40,148 nt of DNA from Candidatus Hydrogenedens sp. (lineage in GTDB: Bacteria; Hydrogenedentota; Hydrogenedentia; Hydrogenedentales; Hydrogenedentaceae), in the NCBI GenBank assembly GCA_035370665.1, contig DAOOVZ010000003.1:1-40148 (forward strand). Direction: 5' to 3'. The first letter of the stretch is position 1, and each line of letters starts with the position of its first letter. This document shows, piece after piece, positions 32,785-40,148 of this stretch. Under the pieces are notes generated by a model. It made no database searches. It saw nothing but the letters and a program-made list of their open reading frames with translations, and was not told the origin of the DNA. The position numbers and the translations under genes are program-made.

Positions 32785-35292
32785 TTATTTCTTGTCTTTT
32801 TGTTGATTTAAGACTTTTCTTATACGACGGGCAAGGTCTCGAGCAACTATAGGTTTCATCACTATATCATCAATACCCAATCGTGATAATTCTTCTGTTG
32901 AAAGTTCGCCACTAAAACCTGTGAACAAAATAACAGGGACATCAGGACGAAGTTCTTTAACCCATTTTGCTAAGACCTCACCGGACATTTTGGGCATAGC
33001 CTGGTCAGTAACAACAATGTCGAATCGCTCAGTGTTCTGTGTAAAAAGGGCTAATGCAGTCATAGGATTCTGGCATACTTCCACTTTATACCCCCATTGT
33101 GTCAGTACTCGTTTCCCTAACTTGCATACCGATTCTTCATCATCAACAAACAAGATTCTTTCCTCTCCCTCCAGTGGTTCTTCTTCTTGATTCTTCTCAG
33201 ATACAATAGGATTATCAATTCTTGGGAAATATGTGTAAAAGGTTGAACCCATAGCAGGTTTACTTTCTACTACAATTGCGCCGCTGTGAGAGGTAACAAT
33301 TCCATGGACTACTGCCAATCCCATACCTGTTCCTTCGCTGGGCTTTTTCGTAGTGAAAAATGGGTCAAAAATTCGTTCTAATATCTGTGGTTCCATTCCG
33401 TAGCCTGTGTCGCGAACAGTCAATTTTACATAGGTGCCGGGATTAAGTTTTGGATGAATTTGTGAGGCATTATCGCTTAGGGTGACATCGCGAATTTCTA
33501 CTTCCAATTTACCTCCCTTAGGCATGGCTTGAATAGCATTGGTGCAATAGTTCATAACAACTTGATGTATCTGTGCTGGATTGCCCATAATTGCGCCAGA
33601 ATGGACATCTATGCTATCAATAATTTCTATGGTAGGTGGGGTAGTCACTCTTAGGAGTTTCAGTGCTTCGCGGGCAACTACATGTAAATACAGAGGGGTA
33701 TTTTCCTCACCTGTTTGTCTGCTAAATGTCAAAATCTGTTTCACAAGGTCCTTTGCTCTATGTGCTGCCTGCAATACTTCTTTCAGGTCTTCATGGATTG
33801 CTGATTTTTTTGGAATCTCATTTAACGCCATGTCTGTTAAGCCAATAATCACAGCAAGCAGATTATTAAAATCGTGTGCAATTCCCCCTGCCAATACGCC
33901 TAAACTTTCTAATCGTTGTGAATGTTGAACCTGTTGTTCTGCATGTCTTCTTGCCTCTTCTTCTTCCTTTTGCACAGTTATATCTTTTATTGAACCCAGT
34001 ATGCGATAGGCTTCACCTGTTGTATCAGGCAAAACTACGCCCTGGTCCTCTACATAACGATATTCACCACTTTTATGCCGTAATCGGTACTCAATCCGAA
34101 ATTTTCCCACCTCTTCTACTGCAACTCGAATATGTGCCTTTACTCGAGGCAAATCTTCAGGATGAATATGGTCAATCCATCTTTGTAAATTGATTGTCTC
34201 CAATTCGTGTAGTAGATAGCCTGTTACTTGTGTTACTGCACCTCCCCATTTAATTTTTCCCGTATTAAGGTTGCAATCATAAATCATCATGCCTGTCTGT
34301 GCTGCCAGAATTCTATACCTCGAAGCACTGTCGGAAAGGCGTTCAGAGGTAAGACTTTGTGTTTCTTCAAGAGGCTGACCAATAGTAATGATACAGGAGT
34401 GTTTGTCTGTATCAAATGCTCTTGCCTGAACATATACGGGTATTTGTCTGCCATCTTTGGCTAAAATGACTGTTTCAAAGGATACTTGCTGGTGCTGAGT
34501 AATACTTTCAATTCTACCTTCTATTCCTCTGGCACGATTTGGAGGGATAATATCACGCAATCTAAGGTGTAAAAAATCTTCTCGACTATAACCTGTTATC
34601 TGGTATACAATTGAGTTGGCATCGAGGAAACGACTATCTTCAATATTCTCATCAAGTTCAAATATTAATATCGGGTTTGTGCAATTGTCTAATAAAAAAC
34701 GGTTCAGGGAATCATATATGAACAGAGCACGCGACCGCTCCTCTGCCAGTCCCATCAACCGACGATTGGCTTCCCAAAGCCCAATTTCCGCCTGCCTCAT
34801 ACGCAATAATATACGGATACGAGTTATAATTTCAGGCATATCACATGGGAAAATTAGAAAATCATCTATGCCTGCAACCAGCCATTCCCAACGGCGTTCG
34901 GTTGATGTTTCATAGTCCACTATAAGTAGGATAGGTATCTTTGAGGTTTCCAGAGAAGTTTTCCAGTATCTGCATAGTGTTAAACAAACTTCATCTCCAA
35001 GAGCATTATCAATAATTAAACAATCAGGCACAAAAAGTTTCACATAGTCCATTGTCTCTTCTATTGAATGGACACAGTCAATATGGCATTCAGGAAGATG
35101 TTCTAGTATTGTAGGATGTAACGATTGATGCGGTCCCTGTAATGGCTGAACAAACAAAACACGATATAATTTCGTTGAGAAAGGAACATTTTCTTTATTT
35201 ATAGGTGAGCCCAAAGTCCTATCTTTTAATTCTGCAGTGTCCATTTTTGGTGGAGTAGGTTGCTCTTTTTTTGCTATTGCCTTTTTTCCCAT
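32785..35292 (-). CDS. Hybrid sensor histidine kinase (N-terminal pseudo-receiver, 2x PAS, HisKA, HATPase_c, C-terminal receiver)
   Basis: H-box 'GGIAHDFNNLLAVIIG', N-box 'NYCTNAIQAM', G-boxes 'VRDTGYGM' and 'GTGMGLAVVHGIV'. C-terminal REC 'ILFVDDEES...DIVVTDQAMPKMSG...VMKP'. PAS/PAC 'FRIEYRLRHKSGEYRYVEDQG'. The N-terminal REC-like fold lacks the acidic pair ('VLFVQP'). Confidence 0.88.
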   Translation of the reverse strand: MGKKAIAKKEQPTPPKMDTAELKDRTLGSPINKENVPFSTKLYRVLFVQPLQGPHQSLHPTILEHLPECHIDCVHSIEETMDYVKLFVPDCLIIDNALGDEVCLTLCRYWKTSLETSKIPILLIVDYETSTERRWEWLVAGIDDFLIFPCDMPEIITRIRILLRMRQAEIGLWEANRRLMGLAEERSRALFIYDSLNRFLLDNCTNPILIFELDENIEDSRFLDANSIVYQITGYSREDFLHLRLRDIIPPNRARGIEGRIESITQHQQVSFETVILAKDGRQIPVYVQARAFDTDKHSCIITIGQPLEETQSLTSERLSDSASRYRILAAQTGMMIYDCNLNTGKIKWGGAVTQVTGYLLHELETINLQRWIDHIHPEDLPRVKAHIRVAVEEVGKFRIEYRLRHKSGEYRYVEDQGVVLPDTTGEAYRILGSIKDITVQKEEEEARRHAEQQVQHSQRLESLGVLAGGIAHDFNNLLAVIIGLTDMALNEIPKKSAIHEDLKEVLQAAHRAKDLVKQILTFSRQTGEENTPLYLHVVAREALKLLRVTTPPTIEIIDSIDVHSGAIMGNPAQIHQVVMNYCTNAIQAMPKGGKLEVEIRDVTLSDNASQIHPKLNPGTYVKLTVRDTGYGMEPQILERIFDPFFTTKKPSEGTGMGLAVVHGIVTSHSGAIVVESKPAMGSTFYTYFPRIDNPIVSEKNQEEEPLEGEERILFVDDEESVCKLGKRVLTQWGYKVEVCQNPMTALALFTQNTERFDIVVTDQAMPKMSGEVLAKWVKELRPDVPVILFTGFSGELSTEELSRLGIDDIVMKPIVARDLARRIRKVLNQQKDKK

Positions 35293-35360
35293 AATTCCTC
35301 GTAATTAAAATATAAATTGTGATACTCTATTTCTATAATATTATATTAAAGGGAAGACCT

Positions 35361-38282
35361 TTGAGAAAACAAATATTTCACATTGTAAAGTATATTATTT
35401 TTACTTTTATTTTTGGCTTTTGTATTTTAGTTCTAACCACTTTGGGAATCTGGGCAACATTTCAAATTAAAGGTTCTATATCCTTCAAACCCACTTCGGA
35501 TATATCCATATCATTGAAAGGGCTATCTTTTTATCCAAGCGTTTCTTTTGAAAAAATCTATATTCAACTACTTAATTATAACACGGCATTAGAATTTAAT
35601 AATTTTCAGGTAAAATTTTCAACATGGAAATTAAAAAATTACCATTTAAATATTGATGAATGTAAAATCAATATTTCTACGAGACCTAAAGGTAAAGAAG
35701 ATATTAAATCTACAACAACTCACACTTATAACAAGGAAACAAAAGATTATAATTATTACTTTAAATACTTGCCAGAAAATTTGACTATTAACAAAATTTT
35801 CTTTTCAGGTTCAGATTCGGAAAATAGCCTGTTTTTAACAGGTGTTCAATTAATGATTGATAAACAGAAAAAGAGTCTTTCTCTTGACGCACCGAATACA
35901 AATTTAGAAGTTCTTCATAATCAGCAGATAGAAAAGATTCATGGAGTTATTCATATTACATGCAAATCACTCCAAGAATTATATGAAATAGACACACTCG
36001 TCCAATTTATGCCTCATATCCTTATTTCGGGAAAATTTAATATTGATAAATCTGGCACAAAAATTGATTTTGATAATATCCGTTTATACTCAGATGAACT
36101 TGCGGCAAACTATATATCTGAATTGTCTTATTCTTTTCTGTCGTTCCCTGTCTATTGGCAAAAGATTGAAATAAAAAATCTCGTAGGAAATATCCGCTAT
36201 CAAAAACCAATATGGATTCCTGAAACTATTAACGGAGATATATCTGTTCATTCTTTAACAATAGGAGCAAAAGACAAGCCATGGCTTGATTATACCTCTA
36301 CTATGCACATTTATTCTGATTTTCTGGACAACGAGCAAAGCACGATTGTATCCCTAAACACGGCTGAAGAACCTAAATGGAATATAGAGTGGAAATATAC
36401 ACCTGCAAATCAGAACATGGGATTAAAACTTGTTTCAGATAGTCCACTTCACAGTTCCATAATCCAGAAAATCTCTCCTTATATATACGATACACTCATG
36501 TTGGGCAAAATTGCACCTTTCACTATTGATTATTCCCTTCTGTTAAATGGGATATTCCCCAATTTGGAAGGAGAAATTCAGGGAAAGTGCGCTTCTTCGG
36601 AATTTGAGGCAATCACATTAAATAGTAAATTCCATACTACTCTGGATGTAAACGATAAACATAAAGTAAACTGGAATGGAGATGTAAATTTTCTGTCTCA
36701 TCCTATTCTTTTTTCAACAGAATTTATGCCCTTTGAGTCATATAAGATAAATATAAACACAGAAAAGTTTCCTTTAAAATATTTTGAGAATTGGGCACCT
36801 TCAATTATAAAAAATACGCTGGCAAATTCAATTGGAAACTGCAATCTAAATATACAGGGCACATCGTGGAATGATATACAATTACAGGCTGCTGGCAATT
36901 TATCCCCTGAAAATGAAGATAACGAATTTTTACCTATTTCACCATCGGAATTTAATTTTCAAGGAATGATTAAAAATTTACAGATGTTTTCCGGGACTTT
37001 TCAAATTACCTCTGAAAATTCTATGGACCTTGAATTGCAATCTTTTAATCTACATTTGTCTCCGCTGTCTCTGGAAGGAAAGGTAAAAACGAAAATATAT
37101 CTTTCTTCAATCTCTACTGATTTTTTGCCTTTCTACCTACCAGGAAAAATAGATTTCACAGGCAATCTCAATTGGGATGGAAAACAAAAAATTCAGATTC
37201 AAGGTTCAGGCACAGGCGAAGGAATAGGAATGGCGGGATATACACTACCTGAAGGGACAAATTTATGTGTTAATGGAGGTGCATTCCTTGACTATTCAAA
37301 ATACAAAGTCGAGATTGAACAATTGCAAATCGGTATCCAGAATTGTTCTCTGGGCAATATCCAGAAATGTAGTTTTGAATTTCCAACGGAGGGCAAAAGT
37401 CTTCTATTAGATGTGGGAAATGTGTCAATTACAGGGAATCTGGCTGAGTTGTATGGACTGGGAATAGGTCCAGCTAGCAAAGGGACTTTTTCTCTGATAG
37501 CAGATGAAATTAAGTATAGGGACAACAGGTTAAACAGCGGGAATATAAAATGGAATATTGATATACAAAAATTAGATGTTCCTGCATGGCAAATCCAGAT
37601 AGAAAATTTCTTATCGGAAGGTTATAAACAAAACATAGCAGAAACGACATTTCCTATCCACTCAGACGCGGGTAATTTTGTCTTTTATAAGATTCCTTTA
37701 CAACAAATAGAAAGCAATTTTCATCTCAATTTATTACCCCTTGAAATGAAATTAGAAAATATATCTGGTAGTTTGTGGAAAGGCAAGTTTAACTTTGGAG
37801 GAACTGTGCAGTGGAAAGATAATTCGTTTCTGGGCAACATTAAAGGTTCGTTTGAGGAATTGGATTTATCGCAATTTACAGAGGAAGTCCGACCTCCATG
37901 GATACGACTTTCAGGAACAGCCCACGGTTCTTTTGACTTTGATGTGAACCTTATGACGGGGCAATTGATAAATGGCGATTTTAATCTGGCATGCCCCGAT
38001 GGATTGACTATTAACCGAGATGTGCTACTTCGTCTAATACTATATCTACAAAATGTTAGCATTGTAGAGAAGCAACTGGAAAAATTATTGGGAAAAGAGG
38101 ACCCAAAACCTTTCACCAATGGTGAATTAATGATTGGATTTAGGAATAATCAGGCAACAGTTTCTTTACTATTAACAACTCCAAATATAAATCTTGCACC
38201 TATCTTCTATATCAATGCCGACTGGAAAACGCTCTGGTCTTTAATAACGACTCCCTCAGATGTTCAAATAGAAATTAAGTAA
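35361..38282 (+). CDS. Large N-terminally membrane-anchored beta-rich protein, possibly AsmA/TamB-like
   Basis: Single N-terminal TM helix 'IVKYIIFTFIFGFCILVLTTLGIWA', followed by ~940 aa of Asn/Ser/Gly-rich, beta-strand-like sequence with no catalytic motif. The family assignment is weak. I prefer TTG 35361 (AAGGGAAG upstream); the longest ORF starts at GTG 35319. Confidence 0.55.
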   Translation: MRKQIFHIVKYIIFTFIFGFCILVLTTLGIWATFQIKGSISFKPTSDISISLKGLSFYPSVSFEKIYIQLLNYNTALEFNNFQVKFSTWKLKNYHLNIDECKINISTRPKGKEDIKSTTTHTYNKETKDYNYYFKYLPENLTINKIFFSGSDSENSLFLTGVQLMIDKQKKSLSLDAPNTNLEVLHNQQIEKIHGVIHITCKSLQELYEIDTLVQFMPHILISGKFNIDKSGTKIDFDNIRLYSDELAANYISELSYSFLSFPVYWQKIEIKNLVGNIRYQKPIWIPETINGDISVHSLTIGAKDKPWLDYTSTMHIYSDFLDNEQSTIVSLNTAEEPKWNIEWKYTPANQNMGLKLVSDSPLHSSIIQKISPYIYDTLMLGKIAPFTIDYSLLLNGIFPNLEGEIQGKCASSEFEAITLNSKFHTTLDVNDKHKVNWNGDVNFLSHPILFSTEFMPFESYKININTEKFPLKYFENWAPSIIKNTLANSIGNCNLNIQGTSWNDIQLQAAGNLSPENEDNEFLPISPSEFNFQGMIKNLQMFSGTFQITSENSMDLELQSFNLHLSPLSLEGKVKTKIYLSSISTDFLPFYLPGKIDFTGNLNWDGKQKIQIQGSGTGEGIGMAGYTLPEGTNLCVNGGAFLDYSKYKVEIEQLQIGIQNCSLGNIQKCSFEFPTEGKSLLLDVGNVSITGNLAELYGLGIGPASKGTFSLIADEIKYRDNRLNSGNIKWNIDIQKLDVPAWQIQIENFLSEGYKQNIAETTFPIHSDAGNFVFYKIPLQQIESNFHLNLLPLEMKLENISGSLWKGKFNFGGTVQWKDNSFLGNIKGSFEELDLSQFTEEVRPPWIRLSGTAHGSFDFDVNLMTGQLINGDFNLACPDGLTINRDVLLRLILYLQNVSIVEKQLEKLLGKEDPKPFTNGELMIGFRNNQATVSLLLTTPNINLAPIFYINADWKTLWSLITTPSDVQIEIK

Positions 38283-38284
38283 AA

Positions 38285-38311
38285 ATAAGACCTATAAGGT
38301 TTTGATGGTTT
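38285..38311. repeat. Short 9-bp periodic repeat (ATAAGACCT / ATAAGGTTT / TGATGGTTT)
   Basis: Read directly. Begins 3 nt after the stop of the 35361-38282 gene and shares the ATAAG(A/G) core with the repeats at 6878 and 14298. Confidence 0.5.
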
Positions 38312-38401
38312 TGAAAATTAGATAGTGATAAAATATAAGTTTAGAACAGATAAGCATTGCCAACTTAAATAAAAATCACTGACAAAACAAAGGCAAAAAT
38401 A

Positions 38402-38668
38402 ATGGCAAAACACTCAATCTGCACAACTTGTGGATATGTTGGCTACCCACAACGAATAACCAGAGGAAGTTTCTATATTGAACTTGCACTATGGCTGCTT
38501 TTTATCTTACCCGGTTTAATCTACACAATTTGGCGATTGACAAGTCAATATGAAATTTGTCCTGAATGCAGAAATACTTCCATGATACCCGTAGACACAC
38601 CCAGAGGACAGAGATTGCTTGAAATAATACAAGAATATACCGCATCGTCTAATAGCAATAAAAAATGA
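38402..38668 (+). CDS. Small LITAF-like zinc-ribbon membrane protein
   Basis: 88 aa. CxxC 'CTTCG', then the hydrophobic stretch 'IELALWLLFILPGLIYTIWRL', then CxxC 'CPECR'. This is the LITAF/SIMPLE-type split zinc knuckle around a membrane-inserted helix. Confidence 0.65.
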   Translation: MAKHSICTTCGYVGYPQRITRGSFYIELALWLLFILPGLIYTIWRLTSQYEICPECRNTSMIPVDTPRGQRLLEIIQEYTASSNSNKK

Positions 38669-38742
38669 AACTCTAAAAAAATAAAGTAGTTTTTTCTCGT
38701 AATTAAATGTCCTACCTGTATATTTCTGTTTATGAAGCCGAT

Positions 38743-38773
38743 TTGACAGTAATGGGTTATATACTTTTATAAT
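38743..38773 (+). promoter_or_regulatory. Candidate sigma70 promoter of dinB
   Basis: -35 TTGACA (38743-38748) and -10 TATAAT (38768-38773). The spacer is 19 nt, longer than optimal. Confidence 0.35.
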
Positions 38774-38801
38774 TATATGGTGAAAATATTTTCACTATAT
38801 A
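38774..38801. promoter_or_regulatory. 28-bp near-perfect palindrome (candidate operator) between the putative -10 and the dinB SD
   Basis: TATATG-GTGAAAATATTTTCAC-TATATA. The inner 16 bp (38780-38795) are perfectly palindromic. The outer arms have one mismatched pair (G79/T96). Confidence 0.45.
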
Positions 38802-38814
38802 AAGGAAACTGCTT

Positions 38815-39990
38815 ATGGGAACACGGATATTACATGTAGATATGGACGCTTTTTTTGCATCTATAGAACAGGCAGAGCATCCTGAATATCGAGGAAAACC
38901 ATTGGTAGTGGTAACAAAGATAGACAATCCAAGAGGGGTCGTATCTTCTGCTTCGTATGAAGCACGGAAATATGGAATTACTGCTGGTATGCCTGTGGGA
39001 GAAGTTCGGAGAAAATGTCCGGGAGCGGTTCTGGTCGCTGGGAATTACGAGAAATATGTATATGTTTCGGAGAAAGTTGTAGATATTCTTCATCGTTTTT
39101 CTCCGCAGGTGATGGTTGCATCTATTGATGAATCTTTTTTGGACATTACAAATTGTATAAGCCTGTTTGGGTCAGAAGATAATTTAGCATTAGAACTGAA
39201 AAATACATTGTGGAATAAAGTAAATTTGCCATGCACGGTAGGGATAGCCTCAAATTATATTGTTTCAAAAATTGCTGTAAAGCAGGCGAAACCAGATGGG
39301 TATCTTTCTGTGCCTCCGGGGAAAGATTTAGACTTTATTACCCCCTTACCTGTCCGTAGTGTTCCGGGTATTGGACCACGGGCAGAACAGGTTTTCCATT
39401 CTTTAGGTGTCTACACAATAGGTCAAATTAGAAAGTTTTCATTAGAAAAATTAGAGGAACTTTTTGGTCGTGCGTATGGTTTTCATGTTTATCAATGGAC
39501 AAGAGGGCTTGATGTAGAATATCTTCCTCATACAGATTTACCAAGGGTTATTTCAAGAGAAATCACTTTTGATAGCGATTTGGTCTATTGGCGAGAAATT
39601 ATTCCAAAGATAATAAAACTTCTAGAAGCATGCACCTATGAATTAAGGCAGAAACAAATGGAGGCAAAGCGATTTACCCTAAAAGTGCGTTATGCCGATT
39701 TTATCACACGGACATTCTCCTGTTCTTTTCCAGAGCCTACTCTTTTGGATAGCGATTTTTTACTAGCACTACCTCCCTTAATTGCAAAGGCGAAAAGTCG
39801 AAGGTATCGGGTTCGTTTGGTTGGCGTAATGCTTTCTGAATTGACCTCATTACAGGGACAATTATTGCTTTTTCACTCTTTAAAGGAATGGAAGATAAAA
39901 CAGGGATTGAAATGTATTGACAAGTTGAGAGAGCGTTATGGTTTTTCATTTATTCATTGGGCTTCCGCATTAGAGATATTAAGTGACTAA
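38815..39990 (+). CDS. dinB: DNA polymerase IV (Y-family translesion polymerase)
   Basis: 'ILHVDMDAFFASIEQAEHPEYRGKPLVV', 'SIDESFLDIT', 'TVGIASNYIVSKIAVKQAKPDG', 'LPVRSVPGIGPRAEQ'. AAGGAAA SD 8 nt upstream. Confidence 0.92.
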   Translation: MGTRILHVDMDAFFASIEQAEHPEYRGKPLVVVTKIDNPRGVVSSASYEARKYGITAGMPVGEVRRKCPGAVLVAGNYEKYVYVSEKVVDILHRFSPQVMVASIDESFLDITNCISLFGSEDNLALELKNTLWNKVNLPCTVGIASNYIVSKIAVKQAKPDGYLSVPPGKDLDFITPLPVRSVPGIGPRAEQVFHSLGVYTIGQIRKFSLEKLEELFGRAYGFHVYQWTRGLDVEYLPHTDLPRVISREITFDSDLVYWREIIPKIIKLLEACTYELRQKQMEAKRFTLKVRYADFITRTFSCSFPEPTLLDSDFLLALPPLIAKAKSRRYRVRLVGVMLSELTSLQGQLLLFHSLKEWKIKQGLKCIDKLRERYGFSFIHWASALEILSD

Positions 39991-40023
39991 TATTGTGTTT
40001 CCCATCTTTGCGGACTTGGCGTC

Positions 40024-40039
40024 TTGGCGGTAAATATCT
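40024..40039. repeat. Tandem 8-bp repeat (ACTTGGCG / TCTTGGCG) downstream of dinB
   Basis: Read directly, 34 nt after the dinB stop. Only two units. Confidence 0.4.
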
Positions 40040-40148
40040 TAAATCTAAAAAATAAATGGTTGGAGGTTTTACTGTCATCTTTGTATTAACTAGATTAATT
40101 GTTTCTGGTGTTTTAGAAAAAAGTTCCGCAGGGGAAGGTCTGTTTCCA

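Noticed and set aside
38711-38732. E. coli-type LexA box upstream of dinB (CCTACCTGTATATTTCTGTTTA)
   Set aside because: It contains CTGT twice in direct orientation (CTGT-N6-CTGT), not the inverted CTGT-N8-ACAG. It also lies upstream of the putative -35.
40090-40148. Possible 3' end of a minus-strand gene entering from the right edge (…ETDLPLRNFFLKHQKQLI*)
   Set aside because: Only ~19 codons are visible, with no motif. It cannot be distinguished from a chance open frame.
1-40148. Genomic island, prophage or mobile element
   Set aside because: I see no integrase, transposase, recombinase, phage structural genes, flanking tRNA or long direct repeats. Gene content is mostly housekeeping and composition looks uniform by eye, apart from the GC-rich SRP RNA.

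Overview
This is an AT-rich 40 kb chromosomal segment with no rRNA, tRNA, CRISPR array, transposase or integrase. It probably comes from an uncultivated diderm bacterium, given an MsbA-like exporter, lipoproteins, a possibly AsmA-like protein and LAB_N domains, but I cannot place it taxonomically. I support 27 protein-coding genes and one ncRNA. The housekeeping core is: ubiE/menG; a gcvT-gcvH-gcvPA-gcvPB-folD one-carbon operon; a system II cytochrome c biogenesis pair (ccsB/resB and ccsA); a long Alu-type SRP RNA directly upstream of dnaX (the ORF track mis-reads it as a 60-aa ORF); a nitronate monooxygenase/FabK-like flavoenzyme; an ABC exporter; a hybrid histidine kinase; dinB; and a D-aminoacylase-family amidohydrolase. 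The most unusual content is at the left edge. A PilZ (c-di-GMP receptor) gene is tightly linked to two tandem dynamin-like P-loop GTPases with membrane hairpins. The second GTPase is edge-truncated and absent from the ORF track, so I translated it by hand. Both GTPases have DTPD in place of the canonical DxxG G3 motif. This operon is divergently paired with an 870-aa protein that fuses a Walker-A-less KaiC/RecA-like domain to a PEP-synthase/PPDK-type ATP-grasp domain with no recognisable phosphohistidine swivel motif. Other points worth a second look:
- a 1288-aa secreted protein with a NIDO-like domain, Glu/Gly-rich linkers and a twin C-terminal dockerin-like module;
- a 7-TM tandem LAB_N protein with a 3+1+3 helix layout like SWEET transporters;
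- two A9 runs in dnaX;
- a 28-bp palindrome over the putative dinB promoter;
- a family of 8-9 bp tandem oligomer repeats in 3' intergenic regions;
- a LITAF-like zinc-ribbon membrane mini-protein.
All functional calls rest on motifs read by eye from the translations. No database search or computation was run.
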